Below are positions 1 to 8,339 of a stretch of DNA of 43,622 nucleotides, piece after piece. Source of the DNA: a virus (taxonomy: Duplodnaviria; Caudoviricetes); IMG/VR virus record IMGVR_UViG_3300032129_000019, positions 1-43,622 of that record. One strand, given 5' to 3'. Under the pieces are notes generated by a model. The model worked only from the letters and a program-made list of their open reading frames with translations, was not told where the DNA came from and made no database searches. Made by a program: the position numbers and the translations under genes. Each line of letters opens with the position of its first letter. The first letter of the stretch is position 1.

Positions 1-85
1 TAGTACATCATATAAATCTTAATCATGCAGACAACAGGATTGAAAATCTACGAATAATGAGTAGGAGTGAACATGGAAAATTACA
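1..85 (+). repeat. Terminal overlap, identical to 43440-43524 (left flank of the insertion site)
   Basis: Exact match TAGTACATCA...GGAAAATTACA at both ends; consistent with a circular assembly. Confidence 0.95.
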
Positions 86-149
86 ATATTTGTGCGGAAA
101 GCCCACTCTCTTTAGGTGTGGGATGGATAGCACTACTAAAATATACCAT

Positions 150-178
150 TAGACATGGTTATTTTAGTACGATATAAT
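150..178 (+). promoter_or_regulatory. sigma70/SigA promoter inside the mini-element
   Basis: TAGACA(150-155)-17 bp-TATAAT(173-178); the -35 lies in the loop of inverted repeat TACTAAAATATACCA/TGGTTATTTTAGTA. Confidence 0.75.
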
Positions 179-184
179 ATACTT

Positions 185-365
185 AAGTTTTGAAACGAGC
201 CATATACTATCGTTAATGTGTCAATTGTGATGCTTGATAGTGAAATTCTTGAAGAAAATAATTAGTTTTTATATGTTGTAATTTATAGTTTTCATTATAA
301 ATGAGAGTATAAAAGAAGTTATTTAGTATTCAAGAACCCCATTCATTTATGTGTGGGAGTTTCAG
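185..365 (+). ncRNA. Putative TnpB-type omega-RNA scaffold, copy 1 (guide would be 366 onward)
   Basis: Several stems covary with the copy at 42136-42315; ends at the IS605-type right end; 5' TTGAAAC(190-196) pairs with 3' GTTTCAG(359-365). Confidence 0.65.
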
Positions 366-544
366 ATGGAGGATTTAAAGGTGGAAGTAAAGGCGTACAT
401 AGAATTTCAACAAGTTTTAGTGTAGACAATGAAATTGTTAAAAAATTCAATGAAGTATGCAAAATAGAATCAGTAAATAAAAGTGCATTAATTGAGAAAC
501 TGATAGTCGCTTATATTGAAACGGATAAAAAAGATAAAAAATAA
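366..544 (+). pseudogene. 3' part (ribbon-helix-helix domain) of the HNH-RHH gene, cut off by the insertion in this allele
   Basis: In-frame continuation of ORF 43340.. in the empty allele; RISTSFSVDNEIVKKFNEVCK...NKSALIEKLIVAYI has an RHH pattern; 366-464 equals 43524-43622. Confidence 0.75.
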
Positions 545-573
545 TACCTACTCAAAGTGCGGAGGGATATTAA

Positions 574-744
574 GTGAAAACCTATTGTAGTATTTTAGAA
601 TGTAAAATATGTGGAGAAAAAACAAATACTATATGGCATGAAAGCAAAGTATTATGGTTAATTGAAAAAGAGATATTAAAATATAAGCACCGAAAAAATA
701 GACATAACATGAATTTTATAAAAGCATTTTCTAGAAATAAATAA
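574..744 (+). CDS. Hypothetical protein, 56 aa, CxxC
   Basis: GGAGG RBS, GTG start; translated by hand. Confidence 0.55.
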   Translation: MKTYCSILECKICGEKTNTIWHESKVLWLIEKEILKYKHRKNRHNMNFIKAFSRNK

Positions 745-802
745 ATCATAAAACAGGTTGTTTGAAACGACCTGTTTAAATAAAAAATAGGGGGAATTAA
801 TA

Positions 803-982
803 ATGGTATTGAATGAATATAGTACAGAGGACATAGTGGAAGAATTAAAAAGAAGAAAGTTTAAATCAATTATGATAAATCCATACGATGCTTTCAGTTT
901 AGACATTATTCCACAACCAGGTAGTGTAGGAGATTTTATAAAAGGAGAGGGACCGGTAGTAATATTGATTATAGAAGATTAA
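803..982 (+). CDS. Small phage protein, BC1881-family-like (59 aa)
   Basis: RBS; STEDIVEELKRR...INPY...GPVVILIIED pattern. Confidence 0.55.
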   Translation: MVLNEYSTEDIVEELKRRKFKSIMINPYDAFSLDIIPQPGSVGDFIKGEGPVVILIIED

Positions 983-1011
983 AATAATTTTTAAAATAGG
1001 GGGAATTAATA

Positions 1012-1203
1012 ATGAATGATTGTTTTTGGTACAGTATAATGGCTTGTGATGGTGGTACTTGTAATTGTAAAAAGTATGTTTCAATGAACGGTAAAGCTGG
1101 GAGTGTTTCAAAATCAATATATCAAGATGAAATAGATGGTGCTATCAATCCGGTTAAAGAAAAATGGTTAAATAAATTCAAAGAATATGAGGGGGAAAAA
1201 TAA
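1012..1203 (+). CDS. Hypothetical Cys-rich protein
   Basis: ORF with RBS, coupled to the next gene. Confidence 0.6.
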   Translation: MNDCFWYSIMACDGGTCNCKKYVSMNGKAGSVSKSIYQDEIDGAINPVKEKWLNKFKEYEGEK

Positions 1204-1412
1204 TGAATTGTAAAAAATGTGGTAGTGAAAACATTCAAGTGGTGCAAGGTAACTCTAGTACGAGTGGCAAGGGCATCTTATGGGGAATAGGTAGATTTAT
1301 ATTAATATGTTGTACAGCAGGTTTGTGGCTATTAATAGGTAAGAGAAAAGGCAAGGTAAAAACAAAGACTAGGGCAGTATGTATGGGTTGCGGGGATAAG
1401 TGGGATATATAA
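1203..1412 (+). CDS. Small membrane protein with split zinc ribbon
   Basis: CKKCGS..., hydrophobic segment, CMGCG. Confidence 0.65.
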   Translation: MNCKKCGSENIQVVQGNSSTSGKGILWGIGRFILICCTAGLWLLIGKRKGKVKTKTRAVCMGCGDKWDI

Positions 1413-1441
1413 ATAATTTATAGAAGTAGGAGGGTATTAAA

Positions 1442-1621
1442 ATGTATAGACTTGATATGATTAAATTTATAGTAGAAGATAGAATTAAAAATGAAAACAT
1501 AAATAATACTGAAATTAAAATATCATTAGTACATGAATTATGCTCAATGGAATACACAGAGGTATTAAAGATATACGAATCAACAACACACAAGCTATAT
1601 AGCAACACACAGACGCTTTAA
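1442..1621 (+). CDS. Hypothetical protein (59 aa)
   Basis: GGAGGG RBS plus ATG; translated by hand. Confidence 0.5.
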   Translation: MYRLDMIKFIVEDRIKNENINNTEIKISLVHELCSMEYTEVLKIYESTTHKLYSNTQTL

Positions 1622-1652
1622 AATTAAATAGGTAGAATAGGGAGGGTATTAA

Positions 1653-1844
1653 ATGAATTATAGATACTATTTAACACAGAGAGGTCCAGGTCCATTTTGT
1701 CAGCCTAAGAAAACTATCAATATACATGATTACGGAATTAAAATATTTATAGTTGCAATAGGTTGTGGTGCCTGGGGATATGCGGAATATGATAGGAAAT
1801 TAACAGAGAAAGAAATTAGTGAGTATGAATTAATAGAGGGATAA
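1653..1844 (+). CDS. DarA C-terminal-like (defence against restriction) small protein
   Basis: YYLTQRGPGP...WGYAEYDRKLTEKEISEYEL pattern. Confidence 0.45.
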   Translation: MNYRYYLTQRGPGPFCQPKKTINIHDYGIKIFIVAIGCGAWGYAEYDRKLTEKEISEYELIEG

Positions 1845-1908
1845 GGAGAAAATTGATAATGTGTAATATGATTAAAGTACGCAACAAAAAAATAAGGAGG
1901 AAATTATT

Positions 1909-2217
1909 ATGTTTTTACCAAGTTTTAGTAAAGAAACAAGTGATACTATTTCAGATTCAATAGATTTAGCAGTAAAAGGTTTAGTCATGAAACCTAACGA
2001 TATTATAGCTTTGAAAGAAAAGGCTTTAAGTGATTGGTGTAGCAAAAATGGTTGTGTTTACTGGGGTGGAACTTATGGTTATGTAGAAAAAACGGAAAAT
2101 GATGATGGCACATGTTTATCTAAGCATGACACATTAGTAGAGATATTTAATGGTTATTGCAAAAATGGTGGAAGCGTTATAAATTTAATACCTAAAATCG
2201 AAGCTCTATATAATTAG
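1909..2217 (+). CDS. Hypothetical protein
   Basis: AAGGAGG RBS, 102-aa ORF. Confidence 0.7.
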   Translation: MFLPSFSKETSDTISDSIDLAVKGLVMKPNDIIALKEKALSDWCSKNGCVYWGGTYGYVEKTENDDGTCLSKHDTLVEIFNGYCKNGGSVINLIPKIEALYN

Positions 2218-2250
2218 TTACTTCGTACTTCAAAAACATGACGCAACTTA

Positions 2251-2290
2251 ATAAAAGCACTTATCTAAATTAATAGGTAAGTGCTTTTAT
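2251..2290. terminator. Bidirectional intrinsic terminator
   Basis: AAAAGCACTTATCTA...TAGGTAAGTGCTTTT between convergent units. Confidence 0.8.
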
Positions 2291-2499
2291 GTATTATCTA
2301 ACATAAACCTTTACATTGTCTATTTCTACATAAATAATATCTTTTATATCCTCTTTAGTTATTGCATCATTAGCCACTATTTGCATCCCCCTCATAAATT
2401 ACTATCTGATTATATTATAGCATTTATAAAGGGTAATAAAGGGTAATAAAGGTAAAGTTCACAAAGAAAATAACCCCAAAATTGTGAGGTTATTCGACA

Positions 2500-2928
2500 T
2501 TATTTTTTAATTGTATTGAAGTCTATTCCTAAATCTTGAAGTTCCTTTACAAGTTTAACCACATCTTTAAGTGGCATATCTGCTAGTTTGGAATCTTTAT
2601 CTACGGCTATTTTAACGTCGTGTTTTGTATTATTATCATCATATATAGAAGTTTGTAAAATCTTAGCGTTCTTAACGTCCGTAACTCCTAGAAGATAATC
2701 ATTTGTTACATCAAAGAAATTAGATATAAAAGTCAATATTCTTAAATCTGGAATACGAAAGTAACGCTCATAATTGCTTATTGATCCATATGTTATTTCA
2801 ATTTCATACTTTTGCTGCAAAGCTGCTGCAAGTTCTTTCAAAGTCAATTTTCTATCGGTACGTAACATCTTTAAACGGTTAGCAAAAACCTTTCTAAATT
2901 CTAAATCTTTTTCGTTGATATTTTCCAT
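2500..2928 (-). CDS. XRE-family HTH repressor (CI-like)
   Basis: RLKMLR..LTLKELA..SISNYER..RIPD..FFDVTNDYLLG; divergent from a cro-like gene. Confidence 0.85.
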   Translation of the reverse strand: MENINEKDLEFRKVFANRLKMLRTDRKLTLKELAAALQQKYEIEITYGSISNYERYFRIPDLRILTFISNFFDVTNDYLLGVTDVKNAKILQTSIYDDNNTKHDVKIAVDKDSKLADMPLKDVVKLVKELQDLGIDFNTIKK

Positions 2929-3055
2929 TTTTCATATACCCCCACGACACATTTATAAATTATTCTACTATTAGTATAACCAAATGTTAAACTTTTGATA
3001 CAGTTTTTTATTGTTTTAATGAATAATTAACGACATGTTCTTATAACGAGAACAA

Positions 3056-3121
3056 CAATTCAACGTTACGAAAAATATATTTATAAAAAGGGTTGCAATT
3101 CAACGTAAGGTAGAATATAAT
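3056..3121 (+). promoter_or_regulatory. Early promoter with repeated operator-like CAATTCAACGT
   Basis: TTGCAA(3093-3098)-17-TATAAT(3116-3121); CAATTCAACGT at 3056 and 3096. Confidence 0.65.
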
Positions 3122-3166
3122 ATAATTATACCGAATAAGATAAAACATACCAATTAATCCAGGGAG

Positions 3167-3358
3167 GTGCAAAACATGAAAAGAGAGGAATTAAGAATGG
3201 CAAGATTAGGAAAATATTTATCACAATCAGAAACTGCAACTTACATAGGAGTTAAACAAAGCTTCTATTCAAAACTAGAAAACGGAAACGCAAATCCAAG
3301 TCTTGAGCAAAGCAAACTTTTAATAAAACTTTTAAAAATCAATTTAAAAATGTTATAG
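3167..3358 (+). CDS. Cro-like XRE HTH regulator
   Basis: LSQSETA..IGVKQSFYSKLENGNANPS. Confidence 0.85.
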   Translation: MQNMKREELRMARLGKYLSQSETATYIGVKQSFYSKLENGNANPSLEQSKLLIKLLKINLKML

Positions 3359-3363
3359 GAGGG

Positions 3364-3849
3364 TTGCAGGTGACAAGGTGTAGTTCAATAGATGAAAAAT
3401 TTAAAAAGGCATGGTCTAGTATGAACAGGAGATGCTTAGTTCCATCATGTGCTGCTTATAAGAACTACGGAGGTAGAGGTATTGGAATTGAACTCTCGTG
3501 GGTACTTTTTACAAATTTTGAAAATGACATGTACGAAAGTTATTTGAAACATATAGAGGAGTACGGTAAAAAAGAAACTACTTTAGAAAGAAATGATGTA
3601 AATGAAAATTACAGCAAGAAAAATTGTACATGGAAAACCAATTTAGAACAATCTAATAACAGAAGAAATACGAGAACTGTTGAATATAAAGGAAGTATTG
3701 TATCAATTAATATGCTTGCAGTAGAGTTTGATATTCGACCGGCAGTTATATATTATAGGCTAAAAACAGGATGGAATATTGAAGAATCACTTTTGCCGTC
3801 TAATTATCCTAAAGGGAGGAAAAAACGTGATATTAAATTACAGAGTTAA
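3364..3849 (+). CDS. Phage HNH-type homing endonuclease-like protein
   Basis: W..M.RRC..YGGRGI..W..F.NF..DM..TLERNDVNENYSKKNCTW..EQSNNRR. Confidence 0.75.
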   Translation: MQVTRCSSIDEKFKKAWSSMNRRCLVPSCAAYKNYGGRGIGIELSWVLFTNFENDMYESYLKHIEEYGKKETTLERNDVNENYSKKNCTWKTNLEQSNNRRNTRTVEYKGSIVSINMLAVEFDIRPAVIYYRLKTGWNIEESLLPSNYPKGRKKRDIKLQS

Positions 3850-3961
3850 AACAATACAGGAAATGAAAGAGGAATTAGAAGAAAAGGAACAGGAACGTTT
3901 TAATAAAACAGAGCAACAGGAAAGAGAAGTACAACAAGATATGAGTAGAGGGGGATTGTAA
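3779..3961 (+). CDS. Hypothetical protein (true start probably GTG near 3827)
   Basis: Charged short ORF abutting the Sak-like gene. Confidence 0.45.
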   Translation: MKNHFCRLIILKGGKNVILNYRVKTIQEMKEELEEKEQERFNKTEQQEREVQQDMSRGGL

Positions 3962-4603
3962 ATGGATAACCTAAAAATATATAACAATTCAAGGGAAGTA
4001 CCTGAAGAAGCACAGAAAGAAATTAAGGGCGGCAGAATGAGTGGAAAAACTGATATAAACCCAATGTGGAGGATTAAAACGTTAACTGAACAATTCGGGG
4101 TATGTGGTATAGGTTGGAAATATTCAATTACTAAACAATGGCTTGAAAAAGGTGGAAAAGAAGAAATATCGGCATTTGTAAATATAGAATTATTTATAAA
4201 GGTTGATGGTGAGTGGTCGGATGCAATTCCTGGAACTGGCGGTAGTTCTTTTGTAGCAAGTGAAAAAAATGGATTATTTACAAGCGATGAATGTTTTAAG
4301 ATGGCTTTAACGGATGCGATTTCCGTAAGTTGTAAAGCTTTAGGAGTTGGGGCAGATATATATTGGGATAAAGATTCTAGTAAATATGATAAGCCTGTAG
4401 AAAATAATCCTACAATTGATAAAAACAAAATTGAAAGTTTAAAAAAACTAGCAGAGAAGAAAGGTGTAAAGGAAGTTCATATATGTGCAGCTTACAATAT
4501 TACAAAATATAGTCAAATGAATTTTACTAACTGGAAAGCAGCAACAGACAAATTAAATTTAAAACCGGATCATAAAGTTTCAGAATTGGAGGGAATTATT
4601 TAA
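3962..4603 (+). CDS. Single-strand annealing recombinase, Sak/Rad52-like
   Basis: INPMWRIKTLTEQFG..GIGW; FKMALTDAISVSCKALGVGADIY. Confidence 0.75.
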   Translation: MDNLKIYNNSREVPEEAQKEIKGGRMSGKTDINPMWRIKTLTEQFGVCGIGWKYSITKQWLEKGGKEEISAFVNIELFIKVDGEWSDAIPGTGGSSFVASEKNGLFTSDECFKMALTDAISVSCKALGVGADIYWDKDSSKYDKPVENNPTIDKNKIESLKKLAEKKGVKEVHICAAYNITKYSQMNFTNWKAATDKLNLKPDHKVSELEGII

Positions 4604-5679
4604 TGATAGATATAAAATTAGAAAAGCAACTTCCGATAGTGCAGATTAATTTTGAAGAAGTAAAAGCTTCATTAATAAGCGGTTCAGAAAAATACAGAAA
4701 TTTAGTTGTTACAGAAGAAAATTTAAAAGACTGCAAGGTAATGCAAAAGGAACTCTCTAGCACTAAAAAAGATTTAGATACTTATAGAAAAGATATTAAG
4801 AAAGAAATGTTAATTCCAGTTACAAAGTTTGAGGGACAGTGTAAGGAACTTATAGGGTTAGTAGTAGATGTAGAAACTCCTATAAAAGAATCAATTTTAA
4901 TATTTGATGATAAAGTAAGAGAAGTTAAAAGAGAAATAGCACAGGAACACATCAACAAACTCACCACAGACCTCCTGTTAAACGATAAGTATGGTAGTCA
5001 ACTAATTGTATCAAGCGAATATACAAACGTTAATATGAGCGTTAAGAAGATTAAAGAGGACATAGAACAAAGAGCCTTACTATTACAACAAGAGCAACAA
5101 CAAGAAGCTGATAACCTACAAATAATTAAAAATACTATTGAAACGGTTAATAAGGGCATAGATGCAAAGATATTACTTGAAGATTTTAAAACAGAAATCG
5201 AACTTAATCCAGCAGTTAATGTAATAGCAAATATAAACGCAAGAGCAGAGAGAATAAAGGCTAATGAGTTAAAAGCAATTGAGGATAGAAAGTTAAAAGC
5301 AGAAAAAGAAGTGCTAGAGAGAATAGCAAAAGCAGAACAAGAAGCAGCAGAAAAAACTAGAGTTGAAGAAAGAAATATAAGGATTGCAAAAGAAGAAGCT
5401 GAATATGTTGAAAAAATGAAATTAAAAGTAATAGAAGAAAATGAAGCAATTGAAAAACACAAAGAGGAACTTGAAAAAAACAAAGCTACCGAAAAACTTG
5501 AACAAGAAGCAAAATTGAGGGAAATGGCTAGAAATGTAGACTTAGAGCCTACTACAGAAAAATTATATTTTATTGATATGAGAGTAGAGAACGCAACTAT
5601 AGCAGAAGTAAAAGCACTTAGTCAGTTTTTAAAAGATAATAATTATAAATATAAAGCTATTGATAAGGGGGAAATGTAA
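4603..5679 (+). CDS. DUF1351-like coiled-coil phage protein
   Basis: INFEEVK..YRNLVVTEE pattern; typical neighbour of Sak. Confidence 0.7.
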   Translation: MIDIKLEKQLPIVQINFEEVKASLISGSEKYRNLVVTEENLKDCKVMQKELSSTKKDLDTYRKDIKKEMLIPVTKFEGQCKELIGLVVDVETPIKESILIFDDKVREVKREIAQEHINKLTTDLLLNDKYGSQLIVSSEYTNVNMSVKKIKEDIEQRALLLQQEQQQEADNLQIIKNTIETVNKGIDAKILLEDFKTEIELNPAVNVIANINARAERIKANELKAIEDRKLKAEKEVLERIAKAEQEAAEKTRVEERNIRIAKEEAEYVEKMKLKVIEENEAIEKHKEELEKNKATEKLEQEAKLREMARNVDLEPTTEKLYFIDMRVENATIAEVKALSQFLKDNNYKYKAIDKGEM

Positions 5680-5876
5680 TGGGTAAAGATTTATTAGGAT
5701 TATCTACAGAACAGGCGGAGAGGTTGTTTAATGAATTAGATACAAGGTTACACAAAGAAACTTATACAAATTTAGAAGATAGATGCTTGACACTAGAAAG
5801 TGATTTAGGAACATCTAATGAATTGATAGAAGAATTAGAGGATAGAGTGCAAGAGGATTGTTGTCAAGTAAACTAA
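5679..5876 (+). CDS. Hypothetical protein
   Basis: Translationally coupled ORF. Confidence 0.55.
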   Translation: MGKDLLGLSTEQAERLFNELDTRLHKETYTNLEDRCLTLESDLGTSNELIEELEDRVQEDCCQVN

Positions 5877-6187
5877 AATAGTACCTCTGCAAAAGGTACT
5901 AAATAACTAAATAGTAGGTAACAAGACATTGTGTGAACTAGTTGCCTACTTATATTATATCACACATGGAGGTTAATAATATGAGTAATTCAAGTAGACG
6001 TAGATATTTAAAATATTGTAAAAGAAATGGGTTGATTGCAACTATAGAGGGTTTGAAGATGTGGAGTAAATTAATGAAATAGTACTCATTATGATTAAAG
6101 TGTGAAGTAATTTAAATTACAAAAGTTCTTTGAAAACTGAATAATACGGTATATAATTATCATAATATATTATGAAAGGGTGATGTT

Positions 6188-6595
6188 ATGAGAGAATATA
6201 AATTTAGAGCTTGGGATAAGGAAGATAAAAGAATGATAATCCATGAGCAGGAGTTTATACCATTGAAAATAACAAGCATTGGAGTATTTAGACTTGATGC
6301 AAGTATCAAAGAAGATAGATGGGAATTTATAAATGAAGATAGATTTGAAATCATGCAGTATACAGGCTTAAAAGATAAGAATGATAAAGAAATATATGAC
6401 GGTGATATTATAAAAGGTACTCACTTATTTGTCAGCAGATTTGATAATCAACTTAAAAAAGTAAAAATGAATAATGGAGTAATATGTTTTAGTTTATATG
6501 GATTTAAAATAAATATAGACAGAGGAGAACATTTATACACTTTAAGTGAAAATGATGAAATAGAAATTATAGGAAACATATACGAAAATAAATAA
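6188..6595 (+). CDS. YopX-family protein
   Basis: MREYKFRAWD..MQYTGLKDKN.KEIY.GDI..EIIGNIYEN. Confidence 0.9.
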   Translation: MREYKFRAWDKEDKRMIIHEQEFIPLKITSIGVFRLDASIKEDRWEFINEDRFEIMQYTGLKDKNDKEIYDGDIIKGTHLFVSRFDNQLKKVKMNNGVICFSLYGFKINIDRGEHLYTLSENDEIEIIGNIYENK

Positions 6596-6617
6596 TAATT
6601 TAATAAATAAAACAGTT

Positions 6618-6657
6618 AATACCGTATTATTCAGAAGTGAATAGTATGGTATTTTTT
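6618..6657 (+). terminator. Intrinsic terminator of the YopX cassette
   Basis: 16-bp stem, GAAG loop, T-tract. Confidence 0.8.
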
Positions 6658-6704
6658 ATATAGTTTACGTCACAATACAAATATGACATGCAACAGAGGG
6701 GGAT

Positions 6705-7013
6705 ATGATGGAGGGGATTGATCTTAATTTTGCAGCACTGGCTGCATGTGTATTAAATATAAAACTAACAAGGGATAAAGCATTAAAAATCATGGGAGCT
6801 TCTGAAAAAATAGCAACTAGAGATGTAATAGAAGATAATTTTGCTATAAAAGATAATGAGAGAGATAAAATAGAAGATTTATATTTGAATGATAATTTAA
6901 CTATGAAAGAAATAGGCACAATGTACAACGTAAGCCAAGCAACGATAGGAGCCTTTATGATTAGACATAAGATAAAAACAAAAGGTAGAGGCAGGAGGGA
7001 GGTAGTAGCATGA
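6705..7013 (+). CDS. Hypothetical protein with C-terminal HTH
   Basis: LTMKEIGTMYNVSQATIGAFM. Confidence 0.6.
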   Translation: MMEGIDLNFAALAACVLNIKLTRDKALKIMGASEKIATRDVIEDNFAIKDNERDKIEDLYLNDNLTMKEIGTMYNVSQATIGAFMIRHKIKTKGRGRREVVA

Positions 7014-7627
7014 ATAAAATTAAAGCATCATATATAATTGAATCTGAAATTAATGGATTAGAATTATTAAAGCAAATAGAAAAGGTAGGTAGAACTTGTT
7101 ATAAATCAGAAAATAAAATAACTGATAAATCTGCTATTAAATTTGTAATTAATCTAATAAAACAAGGACATGAAGCAATGATTGAACATAATAGTTTATC
7201 TGTAAGATTTATTTGTGATAGAGGGATAAGCCATGAGATTGTAAGGCATAGATTAGCTTCATTTGGACAGGAAAGTACAAGGTATTGCAATTACACTAAA
7301 GATAAATTTAGCAATGAAATAACAGTAATAGAGCCTATATTTTGGGGGGAAGGGACGTATGGATATGAATTATGGGAAAATGCTTGCCACTTATCTGAAA
7401 AATCATATTTCCATTTGTTAGAAGTGGGAGCAAAGCCAGAAGAAGCTAGGAGCATATTACCAACTTCTTTAAAAACTGAAATAGTAGTAACTATGAATTT
7501 AAGAGAATGGCGACATTTTTTCAAACTTAGAACTGAAAGCGTAGCACATCCACAAATGAGGGAATTAACGATACCTTTATTGGAAGAACTTAAAACGTTG
7601 ATACCTATAGTATTTGATGATATTTAA
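7010..7627 (+). CDS. thyX: FAD-dependent thymidylate synthase
   Basis: ThyX motif HEIVRHRLASFGQESTRY; GHEAMIEH; AHPQMRE. Confidence 0.95.
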   Translation: MNKIKASYIIESEINGLELLKQIEKVGRTCYKSENKITDKSAIKFVINLIKQGHEAMIEHNSLSVRFICDRGISHEIVRHRLASFGQESTRYCNYTKDKFSNEITVIEPIFWGEGTYGYELWENACHLSEKSYFHLLEVGAKPEEARSILPTSLKTEIVVTMNLREWRHFFKLRTESVAHPQMRELTIPLLEELKTLIPIVFDDI

Positions 7628-7645
7628 AGTATGGGATGGGATGAA

Positions 7646-7810
7646 ATGAAAGTAACGATTAAAATAGCACAGGGGTTAAATGAATTATATAATGAGGGGT
7701 TAACACTAAGACAGGTGGGAGTTGCATATGGACTAGATAAACATACGGTGGGTAATTATATATGGAATCCTAGAAAGAACGGTAGACGATGCAAAAGGGA
7801 GGTTTTATAA
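7646..7810 (+). CDS. Small HTH protein (54 aa)
   Basis: LYNEGLTLRQVGVAYGLDKHTVGNYI; translated by hand. Confidence 0.55.
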   Translation: MKVTIKIAQGLNELYNEGLTLRQVGVAYGLDKHTVGNYIWNPRKNGRRCKREVL

Positions 7811-7937
7811 TGGTATGTCCACAGTGTGGGGCAGTTATTGAAAATGGTAGGCAATGTCAAAGATGTGGATATTGTATTACATGAAGTGGTTTGAAGGGAT
7901 TAGTTAATCCTCATATAAAATTTAAAATAAAAAGGGG

Positions 7938-8339
7938 TTGTTTATTATTAATAAAATAATATTTTCGGGAAATTTAGGACGCGATTCAGAACTTACAATG
8001 GCAAAGAACACAGGAAAGGCTATATTAAAGTGGAGTGTAGCCGTTAGTAAAGGATATAAAAAGGATGATGGTACTAACTGGTTTAATTGTGTAATGTTTG
8101 GAGAGAGAGCGGAGAAGTTAGCGCAGTACTTAACAAAAGGTACTAAGGTGATATGTGAGGGTAGTTTACAACTTGGATCTTATGAGGATAAACAGGGAGT
8201 TAAAAAGCATACAACAGATATATTTATCAGTAATGTAGAAATGATAGGCGGTAAAGAGAATCATCAAGAAGCTTCACGGGAAAAGGAAAGTTCCAATAAT
8301 GAAGCAACTGAAATAGATTCTTCGGACATTCCTTTTTAG
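7938..8339 (+). CDS. ssb: Single-stranded DNA-binding protein
   Basis: NKIIFSGNLGRD..; acidic DIPF tail. Confidence 0.95.
   Translation: MFIINKIIFSGNLGRDSELTMAKNTGKAILKWSVAVSKGYKKDDGTNWFNCVMFGERAEKLAQYLTKGTKVICEGSLQLGSYEDKQGVKKHTTDIFISNVEMIGGKENHQEASREKESSNNEATEIDSSDIPF

Larger units (their letters stand above)
85..365 (+). mobile_element. Non-autonomous IS200/IS605-family mini-element (PATE/MITE-like, 281 bp)
   Basis: Present here but absent at the homologous site 43523/43524; inserted 3' of TTAC with no duplication. Left hairpin 102-122 is preceded by AAAG. Right hairpin 338-357 is preceded by GAAC and the element ends in TCAG. This fits IS608-type guide/cleavage-site pairing. Confidence 0.9.

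Noticed and set aside
85-365. Insertion as a group I intron/IStron (ends in G, sits in a CDS)
   Set aside because: No recognisable P7/catalytic core, the 5' exon ends in C rather than U, and the interior is taken up by a promoter and the 180-nt RNA; RT-PCR for splicing would settle it
1-464. Physical direct terminal repeats or attL/attR
   Set aside because: The overlaps (85 and 99 nt) flank the indel exactly, as expected for an assembly bubble on a circular contig; a PBSX-type terminase suggests headful packaging
353-544. ORF-track 63-aa protein starting at GTG 353
   Set aside because: The start lies in the transposon right-end hairpin with no RBS; it is the severed C-terminus of the HNH-RHH gene
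2428-2457. AAAGGGTAAT tandem repeats as target of the copy-2 guide (ATTACCCT on the minus strand)
   Set aside because: Only 8 nt match and no adjacent TTAC TAM; plausible by chance
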